64,000 nt of DNA from an uncultured Gemmatimonadota bacterium (lineage in GTDB: Bacteria; JAAXHH01): positions 2,080,001-2,144,000 of the forward strand of contig OX638340.1 in NCBI GenBank assembly GCA_951812955.1. The letters run 5' to 3'. Shown in pieces: positions 8,701 to 16,263 of the stretch; position 1 is the first letter of the stretch; each line of letters begins with the position of its first letter. The notes beneath the pieces were generated by a model, which worked only from the letters and a program-made list of their open reading frames with translations, was not told the DNA's origin and searched no databases. Position numbers and translations under genes: made by a program.

Positions 8701-10340
8701 ACAACGAACCGACCTATGAAGGGACGCTGGTCCGGGACCGTAACTGGAAAGGGCTGCAGCCCTCCGTATACGATTATCTGAAGAGCACTTTCCAAGACAA
8801 GGCCACGCTGATACCCCGCGCCTGGTACATGTCCCAGGTCAAGGGTGAGAAGGGCTTCTTCGCCTTCTCGTCGCCCAGTTCGTCCCGCGAAAGCTACGTG
8901 AACAGCATCCTGGGACTGACGCCGGACGAGCCAAGGGCGACCGGGCTCGATGATTACCTCCTTGGGGGAAGATGGTTCCTGCCCGGCGAACGGGACGCCG
9001 TCATACTGCCCGACGACGTTGCAAGAGTGGTGGGCATCGCGCCGGAAGACGCTGGTTCCGCCTTCGTCGACATGTTCGGCATGCGGCTGCAGGTCGTCGG
9101 CGTGATCGATTCCCGCCGGTTCAACCAGCTCAAGGACCTGGACGACGAAAAGCTCACGCCCGTCGACCTGGTCCAGGAGAAAGGCAAGATCGCGCAGCGC
9201 ATCGGCGAGGACCCCCGCCTGCAGGCCGAATCCCCGCCTGAAGCCTTCATACACCTCGAATCCAATAACGTCATGATCCTGCCGTACGAGACGGTCATGG
9301 ACCTCGATGGAAAGACCTATTCGGTCGCCATCACCGACTTCCTGGACGAGAGCGGGCAGCCGAACCCCGATTTCGATCGCGATATCGAGGACTTCCTCTC
9401 GCGGGTCGCCATGACCATGTTCGTCGGCAAGGACGGTACCGTAAACGTATACAGTTCCATCGGTTCCACCTCCATCGGCGGCATCGGCAACTTCCTCATC
9501 CCCATCCTCGTCGCCGCCATGATCGTGCTGAACACCATGATGGGCGCGGTCCACGAACGCTTCCGGGAGATCGGCGTCTACAGCTCGGTCGGACTGGCGC
9601 CGAGCCATATCGCGGCGCTGTTCCTGGCGGAGTCCTCCGTCTTTGCCACGGTCGGCGCCGTACTGGGCTACCTGGGGGGACAGACCATCACCCTCGTACT
9701 GTCGAATTACGACATCCTCGCCGGTCTTTCGCTGAACTATTCCTCCCTGTCGGCCGTCTGGTCGGTCGTCGTGGTCATGGCCACGGTGTTCCTGTCGACG
9801 GCCTACCCGGCCAAGAGGGCGGCGGACATGGCCGTGCCTGACGTGGGCCGGGAATGGAAATTCCCCGAGCCCGATGGAGACGACTGGAGCTTCGATTTCC
9901 CCTTCACCATCGGAAGCGTCGAGGTACTGGGCATGTACGCCTATCTCACGCGGGTCTTCGAATCCTACGAGGAGGGTTCCCTGGGCGCGTTCGTCACGGA
10001 GAACGTCCGGTTGACCGCCGTGGAAGGCCCATCGGACCAACCCATGTACCACATCTCGATGATGACCTGGCTCGCGCCCTACGACCTGGGTATCAGCCAG
10101 AAGGTTTCTCTCAGTGCCGCGCCGGCGGAAAATGAAAAAGATCTCTACGCCGTGTGGGTGGACATCCACCGCGAGAGCGGCGACGTGGCGTCCTGGCAGC
10201 GCATTAACCGGCGCTTCCTGAGCGTGCTGCGCAAACGCTTCCTGGTCTGGCGCACCCTTTCCCAGGATCTCAAGAACGAATACGCGGCGACTGGGAGGGA
10301 AGCGACCAAAAAGACGCAAGAAGCGGAACTGCCCGTATGA
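5712..10340 (+). CDS. Fusion protein: N-terminal signal anchor + extracytoplasmic M28-family zinc peptidase (with PA-like insert) + linker region + three TM helices + FtsX/MacB-type permease module (1542 aa)
   Basis: N-terminal TM (GIGITIALLMLSSVTIF). M28-like metal-binding region (..ESATGVAALLEVARAMKRYSPKYSVVILATSAHFMGLEGTHNWL..). Mid-protein TMs (VIFYFILLIPFSFF.., IFGFSVFFIAVFLVLQLV.., VIFLAFVIFALGTTVLIIVL). FtsX-type signature TM1 (LRKRKVRTALTAATITLLTFTVLSF) followed by a ~300-aa periplasmic loop. Second FtsX motif (ERFREIGVYSSVGLAPSHIAALFLAESSVF) and three C-terminal TMs. The antisense ORF 6861..10319 is a shadow. Confidence 0.65.
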   Translation: MWSKIKTGIGITIALLMLSSVTIFHPKDITENILMKLISLPEPQEIQPFLGHDRPLEEALRAVSADSISNTVKTLSSYTSRVVGYAGADSAYEYLKAEFEEIGLEDIRTETFPVTVPMDKGSKLTVLETGEVIPLHALWPNLVRTPTTPRDGLTGPIVYGGKGEFGEFNGYDIQGSVVLMDFDSQDRFINARMLGASAIVFFDNGRVTRSEAELKFMGLPLNVPRYWVDKAHVPGLLELAESGTNQVNVQARMEWEVVEGKNIFGWIPGLDEEMPNARDETRTKWKDYTIVIESYYDAMSVVPGLAPGAESATGVAALLEVARAMKRYSPKYSVVILATSAHFMGLEGTHNWLYRHGRASSYFMSRIPEEDKIDFDIFFGIDLSSHDSRIGSFAFGTFDNAAWATNHYIKNIFAPYSRKFAGYIQEAFGAGADSARYVNAIVPPQRTWKDFMPVKLGLDSEAVTYFGKKGMSFVTPNGTRGLVDTPQDRFESVNIDNITEQARSLAVMLARASTDGELFEETKLKIQDTAHDMAGTVYEFDRDVNFFVPKKPIPGALVTYFKSLTNTGVRGILINKADSLGRFNFRPLKQQKGPIKLRSYALDDEGEIIYAPDLGQEGDKTFPLNAASGANENTTLQIVFRAKALDVYEIIDSRYLTALDQLTVLAQNDAEPQWYGHSYIEKQSGSEGRTVPAAVVFAKPGQHVKLLMSTSLFGVKYLLTNAPDSFLKDPVEPGEVTLELLEQAQGQGYPIDQGLIVNPSYQGTRDMWVVDDVRLKQLARFGVENQRIEQLHEQARVTLLEAEEHLANREYDAFISKSREAWGLEARGYPEVKSTADDTVKGVIFYFILLIPFSFFMERLVFGFPTINKRIFGFSVFFIAVFLVLQLVHPAFKLSTSPYVIFLAFVIFALGTTVLIIVLSKFNQEVQKIKRAQTGMHEADIGRLSATAVALSLGVSNLRKRKVRTALTAATITLLTFTVLSFTSITTSLRYYKLERYNEPTYEGTLVRDRNWKGLQPSVYDYLKSTFQDKATLIPRAWYMSQVKGEKGFFAFSSPSSSRESYVNSILGLTPDEPRATGLDDYLLGGRWFLPGERDAVILPDDVARVVGIAPEDAGSAFVDMFGMRLQVVGVIDSRRFNQLKDLDDEKLTPVDLVQEKGKIAQRIGEDPRLQAESPPEAFIHLESNNVMILPYETVMDLDGKTYSVAITDFLDESGQPNPDFDRDIEDFLSRVAMTMFVGKDGTVNVYSSIGSTSIGGIGNFLIPILVAAMIVLNTMMGAVHERFREIGVYSSVGLAPSHIAALFLAESSVFATVGAVLGYLGGQTITLVLSNYDILAGLSLNYSSLSAVWSVVVVMATVFLSTAYPAKRAADMAVPDVGREWKFPEPDGDDWSFDFPFTIGSVEVLGMYAYLTRVFESYEEGSLGAFVTENVRLTAVEGPSDQPMYHISMMTWLAPYDLGISQKVSLSAAPAENEKDLYAVWVDIHRESGDVASWQRINRRFLSVLRKRFLVWRTLSQDLKNEYAATGREATKKTQEAELPV

Positions 10341-11245
10341 AGTTCGCCTTCTGCAACGAGATGTTCCGGGACGTGCCCCTCCGGCAGATCTTCCGCACCG
10401 CCGCGGAAATCGGCTACGACGGCGTGGAGATCGCCCCGTTTACGGTGGCCTCTTCGGTGAACCAGGTCGGTCCGGACACACGGAAGGCGATCCGCGACGA
10501 CGCAGCGGAATTCGGACTGGAGATCACGGGACTCCACTGGCTCCTGCTCAGTCCGGAAGGCCTTTATCTGAACCACCCCGACGACGGCATCCGGTACTGC
10601 ACCCGGCTGTATCTCTGCGACCTGATCAAATTCTGCGGTGACATTGGGGGCCGGGTCATGGTGGCCGGGTCACCGAAGCAGCGCGACGTGCTGCCGGACC
10701 AGACCTACGAGGCGACCTGGGAACGGACCCGTCAGGCATACCTGGAATGCCTGCCCGCGGCGGAGGAACACGGGGTGACCATCTGCCTCGAGCCCCTGGA
10801 CAGCGCCCAGACCAATTTCATCAACACCCCAGCCGAAGCCGCCCGGATGGTCCGGGAGATCGATCATCCGAATTTCCGCATGATCATCGACGTGCGGGCG
10901 ACCCTGTGCCAGGGTCTGGACGCAGCCGCGGCCATTCACGAGCATAAGGACGATATGGCCTACGTCCACTTCAACGACGCCAGCGGCAACGGCCCGGGTT
11001 TCGGAGAAACCGATTTCACGCCCATTCTGCAGGCGCTTCGAGACACCGGATACGAAGGGTACGGTTCGGTGGAGGTGTTCGACTATTCCTACGGAGCGGA
11101 GCACATCGCCAGGAAGAGCCTCGAGACGTTGAAGACGGCCTGGGCGGCAACGGACGCTGCGGAAGAGGGGGCGGCGACGGACGCGGCGGGTGAGCGCGCG
11201 ACCGGGCCGGATCAGGACGCGGCGGAAGAGGGGGCGGCCCGTTGA
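10337..11245 (+). CDS. Sugar phosphate isomerase/epimerase (xylose-isomerase-like TIM barrel) with Ala/Glu/Asp-rich C-terminal tail
   Basis: MKFAFCNEMFRDVPLRQIFRTAAEIGYDGVEIAP.. is typical of the AP-endonuclease-2/xylose isomerase-like family. The C-terminal 35 aa are low-complexity (AATDAAEEGAATDAAGERATGPDQDAAEEGAAR), produced by the duplicated 17-mer gcggaagagggggcggc. Start overlaps the stop of the upstream giant gene (ATGA). Confidence 0.7.
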   Translation: MKFAFCNEMFRDVPLRQIFRTAAEIGYDGVEIAPFTVASSVNQVGPDTRKAIRDDAAEFGLEITGLHWLLLSPEGLYLNHPDDGIRYCTRLYLCDLIKFCGDIGGRVMVAGSPKQRDVLPDQTYEATWERTRQAYLECLPAAEEHGVTICLEPLDSAQTNFINTPAEAARMVREIDHPNFRMIIDVRATLCQGLDAAAAIHEHKDDMAYVHFNDASGNGPGFGETDFTPILQALRDTGYEGYGSVEVFDYSYGAEHIARKSLETLKTAWAATDAAEEGAATDAAGERATGPDQDAAEEGAAR

Positions 11246-11775
11246 AACAACAGGTCCTCGATAAGGACGGTATCGACCGGGCAGTGTCCCGTATCGCCCG
11301 CCAGATCCTGGAACGCAACAAGGGCGCGTCCGGCATCGTCATCGTCGGCATCCAGCGGCGTGGAGACTGGATCGCGCGGCGGCTGGCCGGCGCCATATGC
11401 GAGGCGGAAGACACGGCCGTTCCGGTCGGCGTACTGGACATCAACCTGTACCGGGACGACCTCCAGGTCCGCGCGGACTACCCCGTCGTCCGCACCACGG
11501 ACATCCCTTTCGACATCGAAGGGCGCACTGTCATCCTGGTCGACGATGTCCTCTACACCGGCCGAACCATCCGGGCAGCGCTGGACGAATTGAAGGATTT
11601 CGGCAGGGCACGGCGCATCGAGCTCGCCGTTCTAATCGAACGGGAGGGCAGGGAACTTCCCATCCAGGCGGATTACGTGGGTGAGCATATCGAAGTCGGC
11701 GCCGGCAGGACCGTGGTGGTGCACGTCCATGAGCTGGACCGGGACGACAACGTCGCGGTGGAGGAGGCGGTGTGA
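11242..11775 (+). CDS. pyrR: Bifunctional pyrimidine operon regulator / uracil phosphoribosyltransferase PyrR
   Basis: 177 aa (MKQQVLDKDGIDRAVSRIARQILERNKG..VILVDDVLYTGRTIRAALDEL..) with the PRTase-type phosphoribosyl-binding motif. The track start is a TTG that overlaps the upstream stop codon. Confidence 0.8.
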   Translation: MKQQVLDKDGIDRAVSRIARQILERNKGASGIVIVGIQRRGDWIARRLAGAICEAEDTAVPVGVLDINLYRDDLQVRADYPVVRTTDIPFDIEGRTVILVDDVLYTGRTIRAALDELKDFGRARRIELAVLIEREGRELPIQADYVGEHIEVGAGRTVVVHVHELDRDDNVAVEEAV

Positions 11776-12731
11776 TGAGTGAAGATCATCTATACGCGCT
11801 GCGCCACCGGCACCTGATCGGCCTCGAGGACTACTCCCATGCTGAAATCCGCCTTATCCTGGATACGGCGGACTCCTTCAAGGAAGTGATCCGGCGGCCC
11901 ATACGCAAGGTACCCGCCCTGCGGGGGAAGAACGTCGTCAACCTCTTCTTCGAATCGAGCACCCGCACGCGGCTGTCCTTCGAACTGGCCGAGAAGCAGC
12001 TCTCTGCGGACACACTGAATTTCGCTTCCACCGGCAGCAGCGTTTCCAAGGGAGAATCCCTGGGCGACACGGCGCGGAACATAGAGGCCATGCAGGTGGA
12101 CTGCGTGGTGGTGCGTCATGCCGCGGCGGGCGCACCCCTTTTCCTTTCGCAGTGCCTGTCGAACGCGGTCGTCATCAACGCGGGCGACGGCGCCCACGAA
12201 CATCCCACACAGGGCCTGCTGGACCTCTTGACCATGCGGGACGCGCTGGGCGGACTGGAAGGCCTGAAGGTCGTGCTCGTCGGCGACATCGCCCACAGCC
12301 GGGTGGCGCGATCCAACATATGGGGACTCCGGAAAATGGGCGCCCGCGTCGTCGTCTGCGGTCCGCCCACGCTGATCCCCGTCGACATCGAAGATATGGG
12401 CGTGGAGGTATGCTACCGGGTCGAGGACGCCCTCCGCGACGCCGACGTGGTCTACGCCCTGCGGATACAGCTTGAAAGACAGCACGAAGCCTTCTTCCCT
12501 TCGCTCCGCGAATACACACGGTTGTTCGGCATCGACCCCGAACGGCTGGAACTCGCGAAGCCCGGCGCCGTCGTCATGCATCCCGGACCCATCAACCGCG
12601 GCGTGGAACTCGACAGCCGGGTGGCGGACAGCGGCAGGTCGGTCATCCTGGACCAGGTGACCAATGGGGTCGCCGTTCGCATGGCGGTCCTCTATCTCCT
12701 CAACGGCGGAGGCGAGCGCGATGCGGCCTGA
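11775..12731 (+). CDS. pyrB: Aspartate carbamoyltransferase catalytic subunit
   Basis: STRTRLSFE carbamoyl-phosphate-binding motif and the HPTQ motif; length ~318 aa. ATG at 11775, immediately after a GTG at 11772, and overlaps the pyrR stop. Confidence 0.9.
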   Translation: MSEDHLYALRHRHLIGLEDYSHAEIRLILDTADSFKEVIRRPIRKVPALRGKNVVNLFFESSTRTRLSFELAEKQLSADTLNFASTGSSVSKGESLGDTARNIEAMQVDCVVVRHAAAGAPLFLSQCLSNAVVINAGDGAHEHPTQGLLDLLTMRDALGGLEGLKVVLVGDIAHSRVARSNIWGLRKMGARVVVCGPPTLIPVDIEDMGVEVCYRVEDALRDADVVYALRIQLERQHEAFFPSLREYTRLFGIDPERLELAKPGAVVMHPGPINRGVELDSRVADSGRSVILDQVTNGVAVRMAVLYLLNGGGERDAA

Positions 12732-14046
12732 CGGACCGGATACATCCGGAAGCGCGGGGATCACGGAGATCCGCAACGGACGCATCATCGATCCCGCTTC
12801 CGGCCGTGACGAACAGGGCGATCTCTGGATCCGCGAGGGAAGGATCGTCGATCGGCCCGCGGACGGCGATGCAAAGGGCGCCACCGTCATTGACGCTACC
12901 GGCCAACTCGTCCTGCCCGGTCTGGTCGATATGCACGTCCACCTCTGCGAACCCGGATACGAATACAGGGAAACCCTTGAAAGCGGGGCGCTCGCGGCCG
13001 TCGCGGGCGGCATCACCGGCGTGGCGTGTATGCCGGATACCGATCCGGTCGTCGACGACGCGCCCGCCGTGAGATTCGTTCGAGCCCGGGCAGCCGGAGC
13101 GGCGGCGAAGGTTTATCCTATTGCCGCGCTCACGGCCGGAAGAGCGGGAGAACGCCTGACCGAAATAGGCGAACTGGCCGAGGCTGGCGCCGTGGCGCTG
13201 TCCGAAGCGGACCGGTCCATCCGGAATCCAGCCATCCTGCGGCGCGCCTTCGAATACGGCCGGATGTTCGACCTGCCCATCATCGTGCACTGCGAAGACC
13301 CGTCGCTCTCCGCCGGCGGCGTCATGCACGAAGGAAGCCACGCAACCCGGCTGGGCCTGAAGGGCATACCCTCCATCGCGGAAGAAACCGTCGTGGCAAG
13401 GGACCTCATGCTGGCGGAGTGGACGGGCGGGCGGATCCACATCACCCAGGCCAGTACGGCCGTGACGGCCGGTCTCATAAGAGCGGCTAAGCAGCGGGGC
13501 GTCAACGTGACCGCCGATGTCAGTCCTCACCACCTGGCGCTGACCGATGAAGCGCTGTCCACGTTCGATACCCATCTGAAAACCAACCCGCCCCTCAGGA
13601 GCAAGGCGGACGTCGACGCGCTCCGGGAGGGCCTGGCGGACGGGACCATCGACGCCATCGCATCGGATCACACGCCGCGGTCCGTGGACGAAAAGAACAC
13701 GGAGTTCCAGGAAGCGCTGTCAGGCGCCACGGGTCTTGAAACCATGCTGGCCGTCGTGTTTACCGAGATGGTCGGACCCGGCCTGCTGACCCTGAACGAC
13801 GCGGTGAGGGTCATGTCCACGTCCCCCGCGGGAATACTGGGGATTGAAGGCGGCAGCCTGTCTTCCGGCGCTCCGGCCGACCTCACCCTCTTCGACCCGG
13901 ATGGAACCTGGACCGTGGACCCCGCGTCCTTTAAATCAAGATCCGCCAATACGCCTTTCGCTGGCCGCGAACTGAAAGGAAGCGTAACGGTAACCATCGT
14001 CGGCGGCCAGGTAAGATACCGGCGCGATGGTCCCGAATCATCTTGA
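12721..14046 (+). CDS. pyrC: Dihydroorotase (multimeric, allantoinase-like type)
   Basis: ..LVLPGLVDMHVHLCEPGYEYRETLESGALAAVAGGITGV.. metal-binding HxH and cyclic amidohydrolase fold. ATG at 12721 overlaps the pyrB stop by 11 nt, consistent with a pyrR-pyrB-pyrC operon. Confidence 0.85.
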   Translation: MRPDGPDTSGSAGITEIRNGRIIDPASGRDEQGDLWIREGRIVDRPADGDAKGATVIDATGQLVLPGLVDMHVHLCEPGYEYRETLESGALAAVAGGITGVACMPDTDPVVDDAPAVRFVRARAAGAAAKVYPIAALTAGRAGERLTEIGELAEAGAVALSEADRSIRNPAILRRAFEYGRMFDLPIIVHCEDPSLSAGGVMHEGSHATRLGLKGIPSIAEETVVARDLMLAEWTGGRIHITQASTAVTAGLIRAAKQRGVNVTADVSPHHLALTDEALSTFDTHLKTNPPLRSKADVDALREGLADGTIDAIASDHTPRSVDEKNTEFQEALSGATGLETMLAVVFTEMVGPGLLTLNDAVRVMSTSPAGILGIEGGSLSSGAPADLTLFDPDGTWTVDPASFKSRSANTPFAGRELKGSVTVTIVGGQVRYRRDGPESS

Positions 14047-14177
14047 CTGTGAGGCGTCAATTACGTAGATTTAAACGTCTGTGTTATTTTGATTTCACCG
14101 GAATCGCTCATTAAAATGCGTACCCATGGCAGGCCTCGAAGATGCGCAGTCGACGTACCTGTCGAAAGGAGTCTCTA

Positions 14178-15377
14178 ATGTTATTCAGGAAAGTTGGCAT
14201 CTGCGTTTTGTTTGCCCTCGGGTTCGCCATGCTGGTACCCGTCGCGGCCGACGCGCAGAAAATCGAACTACGTTCCGCGAAAATCTACATCCGCGAAACA
14301 CCGCCCCAGTGGGACAAGGCCATGGAACTGCTCGAGACCGCATTGGAAAAGGATCCGGGCAACAACGACGCCCACTATCTCCTCGGGCTAATTCATTACT
14401 ACCAGGGAAATTTCGACCTGATGTTCCATAATTGGAAAGCGGTTACCTTTGACGATCTGGACAGGCAAGACAAAAGCCGGTACAGGGATACCCTGACCTC
14501 GATGATCCGCAGGAACTACGAGACGGCCACGCGAAACTATGAACAAGGTGTATTCGCGGAAGCGGCCGTTTACTACAGTCGTTCCGTCGACGCGACCTCG
14601 ATGCTGCAGGACATGTTGCGATCAACAGGCAAGAATGATGATGCAAAGACCGCCGACGAGCTGGATCCCGCCAAGCAACAGGGCTACCTGTACTGGGGTT
14701 ACGCCGCCCTGGCCGCGGAAGATTATGAAGATGCCGGGATGGCGCTGGAGACACTTCTCGAATCGGACCCGAACAAGTTCGAAGCCTGGGACGGCCTGGT
14801 CAACGTGTACTTCAACACACAAAACTGGGACAAGGTGATCACGGCCTCCGACAAGGTCATCGGTTTGTCTGAAGAAGTGGATCTCAACGCCTTCCTCATC
14901 ATGCGCAACGCCTATTTCGCACAAGCCGACACGGCCGGTGTGATCTCGTCGTACGAGCGGGCGATCGCAGCGTTTCCGGAAGAAAAGTCGCTGTACCGGG
15001 ACGTCAGTTCGATCCATGTCACCCGGAGCAACCTGGGTATGGCGATCGAAGTGCTGGAAAGGGGACACGCCGCCCTTCCCGAGGACATCGATTTGCTGAG
15101 TTACCTGGGAACCCACTATTACAACAAGGCGTTGTCCGATCGGGATGCCGGAAACAGTGAAGCCGCCCTGTCGGCGTTTCAGGGTTCGGTGGACAGCATG
15201 AACAAACTATTGGTGCTGCAGCCGAATAACATCGAAGCCTACGATGTACTCGGCGATGCCTATATCGGACTGGCCAGCATCGAAACCGACGAGGCCAAGA
15301 AAATGGAGTTGTTTACCAAGGGAGAAGCATACCAGAAGAAGAAACTGGAACTGATCACTTCGGGAGACGGCATGTAG
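14178..15377 (+). CDS. Secreted tetratricopeptide-repeat (TPR) protein
   Basis: ATG at 14178 preceded by AAGGAG. Signal peptide (MLFRKVGICVLFALGFAMLVPVAADA) and multiple TPR-like helical repeats (AHYLLGLIHYYQGNFD.., GYLYWGYAALAAEDYEDA..). Confidence 0.65.
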   Translation: MLFRKVGICVLFALGFAMLVPVAADAQKIELRSAKIYIRETPPQWDKAMELLETALEKDPGNNDAHYLLGLIHYYQGNFDLMFHNWKAVTFDDLDRQDKSRYRDTLTSMIRRNYETATRNYEQGVFAEAAVYYSRSVDATSMLQDMLRSTGKNDDAKTADELDPAKQQGYLYWGYAALAAEDYEDAGMALETLLESDPNKFEAWDGLVNVYFNTQNWDKVITASDKVIGLSEEVDLNAFLIMRNAYFAQADTAGVISSYERAIAAFPEEKSLYRDVSSIHVTRSNLGMAIEVLERGHAALPEDIDLLSYLGTHYYNKALSDRDAGNSEAALSAFQGSVDSMNKLLVLQPNNIEAYDVLGDAYIGLASIETDEAKKMELFTKGEAYQKKKLELITSGDGM

Positions 15378-15430
15378 ATCCCGGGGATGGTCCCCGGCGG
15401 TCGAACAAGCGGCAAAAGCAACTGGTTCTG

Positions 15431-15467
15431 GAGAGGATTCCGGGGGTTCCCGGAATCCTCTTTTGAT
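15431..15467 (+). terminator. Rho-independent terminator-like hairpin after the TPR gene
   Basis: gagaggattccggg-ggtt-cccggaatcctctt gives a 13-14-bp GC-rich stem and 4-nt loop, followed by ttttgatt. Confidence 0.5.
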
Positions 15468-15694
15468 TCGACCAATTTGATTGACACCCCTATGGCTACC
15501 TCCTATACTACCGTTGCCTTTGTCCCATGTCCTTCAGTCGAACAGTCCGATCGATCCTGGACAGGACGACGTGTTTCAGGCTCATGAGACGGTTCCTGGA
15601 CACGGGATCGCACGTTTGCATACCGGTATCCGCGTACCGCGATCCACATTTCCGGACCTTCATGCCATTCGCCTTGCCAATATGGGCGCCGACC

Positions 15695-16192
15695 ATGCGA
15701 TTTGATTTTCCAATATATAAGCCGTGCCATGTTGCGGCGATCGTTCTCTGCCTTGTGTTCGGCATGTTTGCCGGGGGCTGCGGTCTATTTACATCGGCGA
15801 GAAACGTACCCGCCGCGACGCCGGAGGCTCAACCCGAAGTGTCGGAGACCGATGATGTAACACCGGGACCGGAAACCGGGCTGTCCGGTGATCCGGCCGA
15901 ACCGGCCGCCGAGACCTCGACGGCCACTCCTGTTGCGGAACCCACCGAGGGATACAGGGTCCAGCTCTATTCGTTTACGAACCGCGAGGCGGCCGAAGCC
16001 GCGTTAGAGCGGGTGAAGCGAACGCTGGAGGAGTGGTCTTACGGTGTTTACCTGCAAGAAGAAACCGGAAGCTTCAAGGTCCGCGTGGGTGACTTCGTAG
16101 AGAAGGCAGATGCCGACTTATTGCGAGACTGGTTCAGAGACAAGGGCTTTGTCGATGCCTGGACAGCCAGTACGCTGGTTCGTGCGCCCTGA
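15695..16192 (+). CDS. SPOR-domain lipoprotein (peptidoglycan-binding, sporulation-related repeat)
   Basis: Lipoprotein signal (..VAAIVLCLVFGMFAGGCG) and an Ala/Glu/Pro-rich linker. C-terminal ..YRVQLYSFTNREAAEAALERVK..FKVRVGDFVEKADADLL.. matches the SPOR fold pattern. Start chosen at ATG 15695; the track ORF begins at 15527. Confidence 0.55.
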   Translation: MRFDFPIYKPCHVAAIVLCLVFGMFAGGCGLFTSARNVPAATPEAQPEVSETDDVTPGPETGLSGDPAEPAAETSTATPVAEPTEGYRVQLYSFTNREAAEAALERVKRTLEEWSYGVYLQEETGSFKVRVGDFVEKADADLLRDWFRDKGFVDAWTASTLVRAP

Positions 16193-16263
16193 CGAATAGA
16201 CCCGAACAACATACGTTCCGGATTTCAAAGGGAATACCTCCGCTCCGAAGGGAACACCTCCAT

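Noticed and set aside
6861-10319. 1152-aa minus-strand ORF spanning most of the giant gene region
   Set aside because: It is the antisense frame of the plus-strand M28-FtsX gene, which has recognisable motifs. High GC suppresses stops on the opposite strand. The translation is Arg/Gly/Asp-rich nonsense with no membrane segments.
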